DNA of 64,000 nucleotides from the NCBI GenBank assembly GCA_002269645.1, contig NIVC01000089.1, positions 930,001 to 994,000 on the forward strand, in the 5' to 3' direction. Positions 36,205 through 48,177 of this stretch are shown here, in pieces (within the stretch, counting starts at the first letter, position 1; each line of letters begins with the position of its first letter). The stretch is from Macrostomum lignano (lineage: Eukaryota). The notes under the pieces were generated by a model. The model was not told the DNA's origin. It ran no database searches and worked only from the letters and a program-made list of their open reading frames with translations. The translations under genes and the position numbers were made by a program.

Positions 36205-36895
36205 TGTCTCTTCTCAGCTCTTCTCATTTTTTCTCTTTTCCTCTCTTCTCTCATTCCTCCTCTCCCCTTTCGTCCACTCTCTCCTCTTCTCTCTCTCCTC
36301 TCCTCCTCTCCTCTCCTCTCCTCTCTCCTGTTCTCCTCTCCTCTCTCCTCTCCTCTTTTCCTCTCCCCTCTCCTCTCCTCTCCTCTCCTCTCCTCTCCCC
36401 TCTCCTCTCCTCTCCTCTCTCCTGTTCTCCTCTTCCCTCTCCTCTCCTCTCTTCTCTCCTCTCTCCTGTTCTCCTCTTCTCTCTCCTGTTCTCCTCTTCT
36501 CTCTCCTGTTCTCCTCTCCTCTCTCCTCTCCTCTCTCCTCTCCTCCTCCTCTCCCCTCTCCTCTCCTCTCTCCTCTCCTCTTTTCCTCTCCCCTCTCCTC
36601 TCCTCTCCTCTCTCCTGTTCTCCTCTCCTCTCTCCTGTTCTCCTCTCCTCTCTCCTCTCCTCCTCCTCCTTTCCCCTCTCCTCTCCTCTCCTCTCTCCTG
36701 TTCTCCCCTCCTCTCTCCTCTCCTCCTCCTCCTTTCCCCTCTCCTCTCCTCTCCTCTCTCCTGTTCTCCTCTCCTCTCTCCTCTCCTCTCTCCTCTCCTC
36801 CTCCTTTCCCCTCTCCTCTGCTTCTCTCCTCTTGTCTCTTTCTCCCCTCCTATTTTGTCTCTCCTCTCTTCTCTCTTTATTCCCTCTCCCCTCCT
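36205..36895. repeat. CT-rich low-complexity / microsatellite tract
   Basis: (CTCTC/CTCCT)n; ORFs across it are artefacts. Confidence 0.95.
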
Positions 36896-37244
36896 TAAGG
36901 CAAGAAAGTTTTCCGAGCCCTGGTCTACGCTATTAATTCTGCTTGTTAGTCGAATTCAGTTGCAAGTTATATTTGAAACATCTGCTCCTCAGCTGGCAGT
37001 TCTGCAGACCCATTTAGATCTGTTTGTGTTTTTTAATCATAGCTGAACAAAATAAACAAATAATAGAGCGGGTCGCCACATCAGTTTGTGTTGACACTGT
37101 AGAAGCTTTATTGTTGTTTGGCAAATAATTGATTTGCATCTTCCTTATTTTGTGATGATTAATAACTGCAGTTTGATTTGTTCTGTGTTTCTTATTTGCT
37201 TATTTGAGTGTCTTAACAATCTGTCATAGTCATTGTCAATAAGA

Positions 37245-38066
37245 TGTCACAGTCAGCTGTGGCTCAAAATCTGTCACTGCTGTCAACTAGAGACTGTCAG
37301 CTGTTGCTCAGAGTCTGTCAATACTGTCAACTAGAGGCTGTCAGAAGCTGTCAATACTGTAATTACTAGAGGCTGTCAGCTGCTGCTCAGAATCTGTCAC
37401 TGCTGTCAACTAGAGGCTGTCAGAAGCTGTCAATGCTGTCAGCTGTGGCTCAGAATCTGCCAATGCTGTCAACTAGAGGCTGTCAGAAGCTGTCAATACT
37501 GTAATTACTAGAGGCTGTCAGCTGCTGCTCAGAATCTGTCACTGCTGTCAACTAGAGGCTGTCAGAAGCTGTCAATGCTGTCAGCTGTGGCTCAGAATCT
37601 GCCAATGCTGTCAACTAGAGGCTGTCAGAAGCTGTCAATACTGTAAACTAGAGGCTGTCAGCTGCTGCTCAGAATCTGTCAATACTGTCAGCTGTGGCTC
37701 AGAATCTGTCAATACTGTCAACTAGAGACTGTCAGCTGTGGCTCAGAATCTGTCAATACTGTCAACTAGAGACTGTCAGCTGTGGCTCAGAATCTGTCAA
37801 TACTGTCAACTAGAGACTTCAGAATCTGCTAATGCTGTCAACTAGAGACTGTCAGCTGTACATTTACATGGCTGATCATCGGTGATGTACATGTACATGT
37901 TCTCAATGACTGCACCGTACATGCAAGGTGCAATTATAAATCAAAAGTCTGATCAGAAACTGTCAATGCTGTCAGCTGTATATTTACATGGCTGATCATC
38001 GGTGATGTACATGTTCTAAATGACTGCACCGTACATGCAAGGTGCAATTATAAAATCAAAAGTCTG
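37245..38066. repeat. Composite CTGTCA-based tandem repeat plus a ~120-bp direct duplication immediately 3' of the globin
   Basis: Units such as CTGTCAGAAGCTGTCAA; duplicated block GTACATTTACATGGCTGATCATCGG at ~37858 and ~37978. Confidence 0.9.
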
Positions 38067-38067
38067 A

Positions 38068-38709
38068 TCAGAAGCTGTCAAAGCCGGCCCGCAATTCGTC
38101 CAGCGCCCAGTCTATGTCGGCTTCGAACAGGCGCCGAACCTCCGGAGTCCAGCAGCCGCTCTGGCCAAGGACGGCAGCCAGGGCCTCCAGGAATGGCCGC
38201 CGGATCAGGCCGAAGTGCTCCGCCTCGAAGCCGCAGAACAACCGGTGCGTCTTGCCGACGCTGCGAAGTCGCTCCGACGCGCTCGAATCGCCGCGGCGGT
38301 CTCCTTCGGCCGAGCCGCCGATTGCCAAGTCCAGCAGCTCCATCACGGCCGCGGCGTGTCGGCGAAGCTGCGGATTCCCAGCATCGATTTTGTCCTCGGT
38401 GTCGTAGAAGCTGCTGAACAAGCCCAGCAGGTCGGGGCGCCGCTGGAACAGGCGCAGGAACATGTCCACCCCGGTGTCGGTGAGGCGGCTCCGCACCACC
38501 GACCAGGCCGACCGCTGCTGGCTGCCGTCGTCATCGTCGGTTTCGTCGTAGCCGTCGTCGTTCGTCTCCTCCGACGGCTCCAACGCTTCAACTTGATGAC
38601 TGTCGACGGAGTCGTCTTTGACCTGCCGGCGTTGCTGCTGTTCATACAGAGGCCGATCACGACAACTGACCGCTGCCGATGAGGCGGCAGAGGAGGCTGC
38701 GCAGCCCAT
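38068..38709 (-). CDS. Intronless globin, globin X-like, with N-terminal MGC acylation motif, 213 aa
   Basis: A-helix W (SAWSVVR), B/C FLRLFQRRP, CD1 Phe (LGLF), distal His (LRRHAAAVM), proximal His (VGKTH), G-helix HFGLIRRPF; acidic N-terminal extension; CTAG acceptor just upstream of the ATG. Confidence 0.92.
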   Translation of the reverse strand: MGCAASSAASSAAVSCRDRPLYEQQQRRQVKDDSVDSHQVEALEPSEETNDDGYDETDDDDGSQQRSAWSVVRSRLTDTGVDMFLRLFQRRPDLLGLFSSFYDTEDKIDAGNPQLRRHAAAVMELLDLAIGGSAEGDRRGDSSASERLRSVGKTHRLFCGFEAEHFGLIRRPFLEALAAVLGQSGCWTPEVRRLFEADIDWALDELRAGFDSF

Positions 38710-39311
38710 TGTTCTTCTTTCAACTAAAAACTAGAAGGAAAAGCGCCGCCAAGAAGCCGCGTTGCTATGCAAATTCTCCATCGCTAAAAATGTTGTTTGG
38801 TCGAGAGAGAAAATTTTATTGCAGAAGCAAGCTTACAGTATGGGTATCTGCTTGTGGAAGATCCCGTGCTCTGCTGGGTAGCTCAGCGATCGAGGATCCG
38901 AGAGCTGCGAATGCGGAGATGGTCCGTCAGCATTAATCCCGGATTTCAGCAAGGGAGAAGCTGCCGCGTGAAACGGGAGAGTTGAGGGGAGAGCAGGAGA
39001 GAAGTTCTCAATTTGTTAGAGCAGCAGAGCGAATTAAAGAAGCGCAGGTGGAGTGTTGGAGTATTGCACAGTACGTGATGAGGAAAAACAGCAAATATCC
39101 GTGTTAATTATTTCTGAGGCTCTGTAGGGCGGGCAGGCATCGAGTGAAAAATATTTTCGTGGCAACTGTGTGTCTGAGATTTTACCGGTGAAAATACATC
39201 CCAATATCATTATAATTATCTTGAGTTTTCAGAGTCTTTTCTAGTTAGTCTGCTTTTTTATTTAAATTCGCTTCTGATTTACTTTCATTTCAATCCTCAT
39301 TACATGTTTAT

Positions 39312-40830
39312 TCTGATTCTCTCCCACTATCTGTCCTAATTCCCCTCTGATTCTCTCCCACTATCTGTCCTAATTCCCCTCTGATTCTCTCCCACTATCT
39401 GTCCTAATTCCCCTCTGATTCTCTCCCACTATCTGTCCTAATTCCCCTCTCGATTCCCCCCGATTCTCTCCCACTATCTGTCCTAATTCCCCTCTCGATT
39501 CCCCCCCCGATTCTCTCCAACTATCTGTCCTAATTCCCCTCTTGATTCCCCCCCCGATTCTCTCCCCCTATCTGTCCTAATTCCCCTCTCAATCCCCCCC
39601 CCCGATTCTCTCCCACTATCTGTCCTAATTCCCTCTCAATTCCCCCCCGATTCTCTCCCCCTATCTGTCCTAATTCTCCTCTGATTCTCTCCCCCTATCT
39701 GTCCTAATTCCCCTCTCAATTCCCCCCGATTCTCTCCCACTATCTGTCCTAATTCCCCTCTCGATTCCCCCCGATTCTCTCCCACGATCTGTCCTAATTT
39801 CCCTCTCGATTCCCCCCCCCGATTCTCTCCCACGATCTGTCCTAATTCCCCTCTCGATTCCCCCCCGATTCTCTCCCACGATCTGTCCTAATTCCCCTCT
39901 CGATTCCCCCCCCCGATTCTCTCCCACGATCTGTCCTAATTTCCCTCTGATTCTCTCCCACTATCTGTCCTAATTCCCTTCTGATTCTCTCCCACTATCT
40001 GTCCTAATTCCCCTCTCGATTCCCCCCCCGATTATTCTCTCCCACGATCTGTCCTAATTCCCCTCTGATTCTCTCCCACTATCTGTCCTAATTCCCTTCT
40101 GATTCTCTCCCACTATCTGTCCTAATTCCCCTCTCGATTCCCCCCGATTCTCTCCCACTATCTGTCCTAATTCCCCTCTCGATTCCCCCCGATTCTCTCC
40201 CACTATCTGTCCTAATTCCCCTCTGATTCTCTCCCACTATCTGTCCTAATTCCCCTCTCGATTCCCCCCCGATTATTCTCTCCCACGATCTGTCCTAATT
40301 CCCCTCGGATTCTCTCCCACTATCTGTCCTAATTCCCCTCTGATTCTCTCCCACTATCTGTCCTAATTTCCCTCTGATTCTCTCCCACTATCTGTCCTAA
40401 TTCCCCTCTCTGATTCTCTCCCACGATCTGTCCTAATTCCCCTCGGATTCTCTCCCACTATCTGTCCTAATTCCCCTCTGATTCTCTCCCACTATCTGTC
40501 CTAATTTCCCTCTGATTCTCTCCCACTATCTGTCCTAATTCCCTTCTGATTCTCTCCCACGATCTGTCCTAATTCCCCTCTCGATCCCCCCCCGATTCTC
40601 TCCCACTATCTGTCCTAATTCCCCTCTGATTCTCTCCCACTATCTGTCCTAATTCCCCTCTCTGATTCTCTCCCACTATCTGTCCTAATTCCCCTCTCTG
40701 ATTCTCTCCCACTATCTGTCCTAATACCCTCTGATTCTCTCCCACTATCTGTCCTAATACCCTCTGATTCTCTCTCACTATCTGCCGTAATTCCCTTTTG
40801 ATTCTCTCCCACTATCTGCCCTAATTCCTG
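39312..40830. repeat. Pyrimidine-rich minisatellite (CTCTCCCACTATCTGTCCTAATTCCCCTCTGATT with variable C tracts)
   Basis: ~1.5-kb tandem array. Confidence 0.95.
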
Positions 40831-41227
40831 TCTTAATTCTGCTTGTGAGTTTGTCTTAGAATAATTTCAGCTGTCGACCTTTATTTGCACCCAGCTCTCT
40901 ATGAAACCTTAAGAGGATATTTTTAGCTTAGTAAAATAATTCACAGCTGATTTCAACTGGTTGTTTCTCACGGGATGATTTCCTTTTCCAAGAGGGACAA
41001 GACAAGGGTTAATCAAAGCTGAGCTCCCAGACAGACTTGGGCAGCCCGGGTGTCCTTTGCTGCATTGATTCTGGCTAGTTGCAGTGTTATGAGAAGATGA
41101 GGTAGGCCAATATGGCGAAAACTGATACTTCACCTAAATCCATAATTCCCGCTGGCGAACGGTTTCAGCTTCAGTTTTTTCTGTGTGCTGAAATTGATTC
41201 GGACACCCACCGGCTGAAAGTCAGTGC

Positions 41228-41675
41228 AAGCGGAGAGTCACAACTGTAAAACTGAGAGGAGACTGAGAGTCACAACTGTAAAACTGAGAGGATACTGAGA
41301 GTCACTACTGTAAAATTGAGAGGATACTGAGAGTCACTACTGTAAAATTGAGAGGATACTGAGAGTCACAACTGTAAAACTGAGAGGAGACTGAGAGTCA
41401 CAACTGTAAAACTGGGAGGAGACTGAGAGTCACAACTGTAAAACTGAGAGGAGACTGAGAGTCACAACTGTAAAACTGGGAGGAGACTGAGAGTCACAAC
41501 TGTAAAACTGAGAGGAGACTGGGAGTCACAACTGTAAAACTGAGAGGAGACTGAGAGTCACAACTGTAAAACTGAGAGGAGACTGAGAGTCACAACTGTA
41601 AAACTGAGAGGAGACTGAGAGTCACAACTGTAAAACTGGGAGGAGACTGAGAGTCACAACTGTAAAACTGAGAGC
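41228..41675. repeat. 32-bp minisatellite (GAGTCACAACTGTAAAACTGAGAGGAGACTGA)
   Basis: Tandem array. Confidence 0.95.
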
Positions 41676-42547
41676 AGACTCTGTTTCACCAGTTACAGTT
41701 TAAACTCGCGCCAGATTGTAGCAAAGCCGGCAGACTGCAGCATTCTAAAAGCCATTCAATTGCCACACCAATTCAAATCGAACAAGCTGCTGCTGGCTCT
41801 CCTCTCAGCGCTTTCATGGTGGGGGCTGAATTCGCAACGAAACTGTTCCACTGCCTCCCCTTGCCTTTGCTCGCCTCACTGCCACATGGGCGCGCAATTT
41901 TTAAAAAGGCCACAAAAACCACCCCGCCCTCTACAGCAGCACGCCGTCTTCTTCATCTGTTTTTAAGGGGATTTTTGAATCCGCGCACGGATCCCGCGGT
42001 TGGGGATAAGTTTGTTGCTACGGAAAACTTCACCGCGTCTTCTCTCCCCGCGCATTGAACGAGCTCGGGGCCGGCAGCAGCGGCTTCAAAGACTTGGGTG
42101 GGCCGAGAGACGGAGGCGCTCGATTCTAGGAAAAAATGTGGCGGAGAGGACAGCAGAGAAGGTCCTGCCCCGCTGCCGGGAACTGCTGGGCCCCCCCCCC
42201 CGGCCCGGCAACGATTCAATCCGGCGGGGGGCGGACGAGGCCGTTCGGGTTTCTGCGCACCGGGCTGGCGAGCGCGGACAAAGGAGAATAGTTTTACAAC
42301 CGCGGCGGCTGGGACGAGAAAAAATAGGAGAATGGAGAGGGGGCGGGGTGGCGAAGATTCGGGAACAAAATTCAAGTCCCGACTGCGTCTGGACGGACGG
42401 CTGGTGACTTTTTCAGTGCTTTGCTTGCTGGCCTGGGAGGGATTCCAGAGCACTCCGATGGTCGAGTTTGAGTACGGCTCTCTGCACGGCTGTGGCTGAC
42501 AACTGCGCTGAGGTAGGCGAATGCGATTCTTGGAATTCGGATCCAGG

Positions 42548-42549
42548 AC

Positions 42550-42616
<67 letters not shown>

Positions 42617-42617
42617 C

Positions 42618-42660
<43 letters not shown>

Positions 42661-42663
42661 CAA

Positions 42664-42736
<73 letters not shown>

Positions 42737-42739
42737 CTA

Positions 42740-42776
<37 letters not shown>

Positions 42777-42783
42777 TACACTA

Positions 42784-42816
<33 letters not shown>

Positions 42817-42857
42817 CACAGACAGACAGACAGACAGACACACAGACAGACAGATAC

Positions 42858-42936
<79 letters not shown>

Positions 42937-42962
42937 CACAGACAGACAGACAGACAGACAGC
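42548..42962. repeat. (GACA)n microsatellite
   Basis: Directly visible. Confidence 0.97.
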
Positions 42963-43163
42963 TACACGCGGAGGGCAGATTTCCCTCATCAAAACTGCCA
43001 ATAGAATTTGGCAGGAATTTTCTCTATACTTCTCTCTCTATCAGCAAGGAAACCGAAAGAGCAGTCACTCGCACTGCCATTTCAGTTTGGAAAAAAAGAA
43101 ATCGAACTTTGAAATTTGGCGCGTGCGCTCCCGGTCCCGAGCTCTGCACAATCCGCGCTCTCA

Positions 43164-44602
43164 ATGTCGGACAGGGCGGAGTCGCCTCAGCCGACACCCC
43201 TGCCAGACTTCGCTTGCCTGTTCTGCGCGTCTCGGTGCAGCTCGGCGGCGGGCCTGGACCATCACTACCAGACTGTGCACCGCATCTGCCACACTGACGT
43301 GGCGCGTGTTATCCGAAGCAGTGGCGGCGGCGGCAGCGGCGGAGGTGCCCGTGAATCAGCCGCGACAGCTGCTGTAGCGGCTGCAATGCTGGCCGCTCGT
43401 CAACTGCCATCTGTTGTAAGTTTGATTAATACGGCTCTTGTATGCCGCAAGCTGTCTGTCTGATCAATGTGTGCATGCAATGTGCGTTTGAATCTTCTTT
43501 AAATCTTATCTCGCAGAGTGGAGTGTAGCAGTGCTTATCCCCCAGTAGTGTAGTAGTGCTTATCCCCCAGTAGTGTAGTAGTGCTTATCCCCCAGTAGTG
43601 TAGTAGTGCTTATCCCCCAGTAGTGTAGTAGTGCTTATCCCCCAGTAGTGTAGTAGTGCTTATCCCCCAGTAGTGTAGCAGTGCTTATCCCACAGTAGTG
43701 GGGAGTGTAGCAGTGCTTATCCCACAGTAGTGTAGTAGTGCTTATCCCCCAGTAGTGTAGCAGTGCTTATCCCACAGTAGTGGGGAGTGTAGCAGTGCTT
43801 ATCTCACAGTAGTGTAGTAGTGCTTATCCCCCAGTAGTGTAGCAGTGCTTATCCCACAGTAGTGTGGAGTGTAGCAGTGCTTATCCCCCAGTAGTGTAGC
43901 AGTGCTTATCCCACAGTAGTGTGGAGTGTAGCAGTGCTTATTCCGCAGTAGTGGGGAGTGTAGCAGTGCTTATCCCACAGTAGTGGGGAGTGTAGCAAGA
44001 CAGCATCGAACGCCGCTGTGCCATGTCACTCGCAGCAGGCTACCAACTCTGCAATGGCTCTGAGCCTGGCCTGGCTTCAGCTGCTGTATCGGCAGTCTCT
44101 ACAGCCTCACAGTCTACCACAGCAGCATCAGCAGCAGCCTCCGCATCAGCTGATGACCTTGCAGTGTCCGCACCAGCCCAGTATGTCGCCCGATATCAGA
44201 CAGCTATCACTGCCACTGTCTCCGCCAGGCCCTGAGACGCCGCCACCTCCGCCACCACCTCCGCCGCCACCTCCGCGGCCGCCGCCGCCACCGCCACCAC
44301 CTCCTCCACAGTCGTCCGCGGCATCGTCTGGAACGCAGGCTCGGCGCCTGTCCTCTTCGGCCGGAGCTTCCGGACGAAACGTGGAGAGCCTGGCCAGGAA
44401 GGTGTGGGCGCTCGGAGGCAGCCTGAACTGCCTGCCGTCGGCTCACTATTCTGCCACTTGTCGGCGCTGCGGCCGGGAGGTGAAACTGACGGAACGGAAA
44501 GTGCAAAAGTTTAAGCTGCACATTCAGTCATGCTATCGAAAGCTGCTCAGAGCGTCAGTGGCCAGAGCAACAACCTTGTCGGGTAGTGCTGCGGAAGATT
44601 AG
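43164..44602 (+). CDS. Two-exon zinc-finger protein: N-terminal C2H2 finger, poly-Pro region, C-terminal BED-like finger
   Basis: Exon 1 43164-43415 (FACLFCASRCSSAAGLDHHYQTVH; GTT|GTAAGT); exon 2 ~44000-44602 (KVW...ATCRRCGREV...FKLHIQSC); acceptor position uncertain. Confidence 0.7.
43525..43995. repeat. 25-bp minisatellite (CAGTAGTGTAGTAGTGCTTATCCCC) in the zinc-finger gene intron
   Basis: Tandem array abutting exon 2. Confidence 0.95.
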
Positions 44603-46489
44603 ATTTTGCATATTTCATCTTACAACTGCAATAGCAGAATATAGATTTGCTGTATATGTGATTGCATGCGTTAGCTACTGCACAGAAAACGTGTATTTTC
44701 AGTGTACGTCCTGTTTATCAGAGTGCATGCTTCTAAAAAATTGCATGTATTAATATATCAACATGTGCAGAATACAGAAAAAGTAGGTAAATAAATCTTA
44801 AAACACGAAAATATAAATAAGCAAACAAACAAACAATTCTGTATTTTTTTTCAACAATAAAAAGTACAGGCATACATGTATTGATACAATAACATGAAGC
44901 GGAAATATTTCAGGAACCAAACCCTTGAGCTTGCATGTAACTGTAACATACTCTAACCCTAGCTTCAACTTGCACGCATAAAACTGCATATCCATGCAAC
45001 TGTCATAAATTTCCTAGATTTTAGGTTCATTTGTTTGTATTTTTCATGTACATGCAGATAGTTTTTGAAATTTAAGGACAGTAAAAGCGCGCTTACATTA
45101 CGTACCATATGATATTAATAGAATTTTATGAAAATTTAACTGCAATCAGATGGTTCACTATCATCATTCTGTCAGAATCATTTATTAACTCATTTTTTAT
45201 TCGAGTACGGACCAAAAAATCCTGTAAATGTATTTCTATACCGTAATAATAGAATAGTCAAAAATGTATACTGCTGACTTATATTAATTGCATAAATGAA
45301 AATCGTGCTTAACACTGTATTTAATGCACATGTAGAATAGAAAGAGATATAGAGATATAGAATTCAGGACCAACAGTACAGAACAGTAAAACAGTAATCA
45401 TTGGACCTTAAGCTGAGGCAAAGACATGAAATAGCATGTTTATTTCCGATGCTCGTATATATACTACTTTTAATACAGTAACAAACAATGCGACACAATG
45501 CCTGTACTGTGCATATTATTAGTGACAATCAGTAAAGAAGTGTGTTTTTTTAAATTTTTACTAAAATAAAAAAGACTCTAAGTTGGCCGTGAGTGTTGTT
45601 GTTTTATTGTTTCTATTTTCGGGTGTGGTTAGGTCGAATAACAGTACAATTTTAAATTATTCGTCATAGCTGAATCAAACTCGAAATAAGTATGTATGAC
45701 TCGAAATGAATGACTACAGTACGCTATAATTTGCTTTAAAATTGAAACAAATCATTATTTACCACTTTAACTTTTACTGCTATCAATATACTGATTTATA
45801 TTATAGATTTCGTACAATATCGTACAGTACCTGGTTGTTGTTGTTGTACAATATAGTATAGATAATAATAGCTTTAGCCTTTATTATTTTTAACCAAACT
45901 TTTAAACTTAATTTAAAGCTTTAAATTATCTAGTTGTACGCCTGCTTGATTTATATTACTGTATTATAATATTTTTGCTAAGTATTTAAATAATATGGAT
46001 ATTTTCTTTGACTTTAGTCTCAATATAATATAATGCAATGGTTGTGCCAAGCAAGTAAAACCATACTAAAAAGAAATAAAGCTTAATGAATTGAGACTCA
46101 AACTCTAGACTTAACTTCAAGCTTAAATATTATGTTCAATTTTTAAGCATAAACAGCCAGCTTGTATACTTGACTACTTTATCACATTTTTTTATAAACT
46201 TGGCATTTTATTAATTTTCTATTAGTATTGGCTATAGTATAATTAATAAGGTGACAATTTTTATAATTTTTTGGCATAAAAAAGATTGTATGCACCACAC
46301 AGCATCTGTATCACCTTAGTTTGTACTGAAGTTCACGAGTATTCTTTAGTATATAGTGTATATTGATAATTTTTTTAACTAAATAGTTATAGTGCAAATT
46401 ATGTTATATTCAAGCAAGGGTCAGATGATAATATTTTTAGATTTAATTGTAATTTGAGATTAAGCCTAATTAACATCTAGTAAAGTAAG

Positions 46490-47598
46490 CAGTGTTGGGT
46501 AAGTTACTCTGAAAAAGTAACTTCTGGTTAAGTAACTTCCGGTTCCAAGGAAAGTAACTTCCAGCACTTGTTCCGGTACCGGTACTTTTAAAGAAAAGTA
46601 ACTTCTGGTACTTCCATTACCAGTCCTTTCTAATTTTAAAGAACTGCCAATTAAAAAGTACTTAAACATGTCTTCGTGAAAAAACAAAAACATGTGTTGG
46701 TCTGGAGTTAAACATGATGTTATTTCTCAAATAAAGATGCTACATAATGTTTTTTGTTATTATCGTGTCCAAATTTGAGTGAATAAATAACACCTTTGCA
46801 AAACAAAAATTAACTATACACCAAGACGATTTACATGAAAAATTTGGAGGCTGATTTTCAAATATTGATTCTGACTCTTTAGAAATATGTATGTAGATAA
46901 TTTTTGTCCAATATATGCGTCACAATGATCAGTGTAGAATACTTCAGGCGACTCAGTTTGTGTGGGCCATTCTCTTGTCGCCCTACTTATATATAGTATT
47001 GTGCTTGTATAGTATTGTACTTTTACAGTAGAGTAATTATACTTTTGTACTGCTGACTCATTTAGAATCAATAATAATATTCTGGGAGTCTTAGAAATGC
47101 CAGTTAACAGTTAACAAAAAGATACCGGACAACAAATTATGGCTGGAATTTGATAGATGGACCAAAGCGCAAGACTTTAAAATAAATTGATGATAGTGTC
47201 TGCACTGATATTAGAAAATGAAAATTAGCCTCAAAAGAGTTAAAACTCAAAACCTTCTTAGAATGCATCACTTGTTTCGTCCTGCAGGAATATCAAAATG
47301 AAGAAATTGGCCTTCAAAAGATGTTCCACAAATCATGAGTGTAGCATCCTAGACCCTGGTGTACTGCTAGTTATGCTTGTTAGAAAACTTGCGAAGGAGT
47401 TGTTATTTAGTGCTAAATTGACTGTTTGGCACCTAAAATTTCATGTTTAAGTACCGGATAACCAGACTTATCAAAAAGTAACTTCCATTACCAAAGTCCG
47501 GCATTCTAAAAAAAAGAACCGGAAAAAAAGTGCCACTTTAAAAAAAGTAACTTCTGGTACTAAAAGTGCCAGAAGTGCCGGAACTTTGCCCAACACTG
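46490..47598. mobile_element. Non-autonomous hAT MITE, 1109 bp
   Basis: TIR CAGTGTTGGG / CCCAACACTG; perfect 8-bp TSD AAAGTAAG; subterminal AAAAGTAACTTC repeats. Confidence 0.92.
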
Positions 47599-48177
47599 AA
47601 AGTAAGTAAACCTATTTATACTATCAGTATTCTATCTATTAATTTATTATATATTTTCAGTTGTTAAGTGTATATAATGACAATAATAAAAGGAAGAACA
47701 ATGATTATTTAATATTTTGCTTGTTAATAACTTGATTTATATCAAATATGAATATGATAATATTAGTCACAAATCTTGACTTTTTGAGATCTCAAAACTA
47801 AGATTAAGAGAAGTGCCAAAAGTTCAATCATTGAGATTGAGGTTAAGATCTTGTCCAACTCCTACTTTCAAAGATTCTTTCTGATTATGGCCTATTATGA
47901 GATGCTATACCCTAAATTTTAAAGATAGGCCTTATAAAACTGATATAATATAAAACTATAAGATATTGTAATTAGACATTTTTATGACTTATTATAAATT
48001 TATTGCCAATAAATTAAAATTTCAATAGTCTGGATATTGCCATAAATTGCCAAAAATATAATAAATATATATATAGTAATTGTATTTTTTTATTATTTTT
48101 TAATTAAAATGTTAAATTTAAATCTAAACCATAAATTACAGATGGTTGCACATAGAGATTCTATAATATAAGACAGA

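Noticed and set aside
36171-37046. Long Leu/Ser/Pro ORFs
   Set aside because: CT microsatellite translation.
41760-43001. Overlapping ORFs around the (GACA)n tract and the GC-rich stretch
   Set aside because: No domain, start lies in the microsatellite; more likely promoter/UTR sequence between divergent genes.
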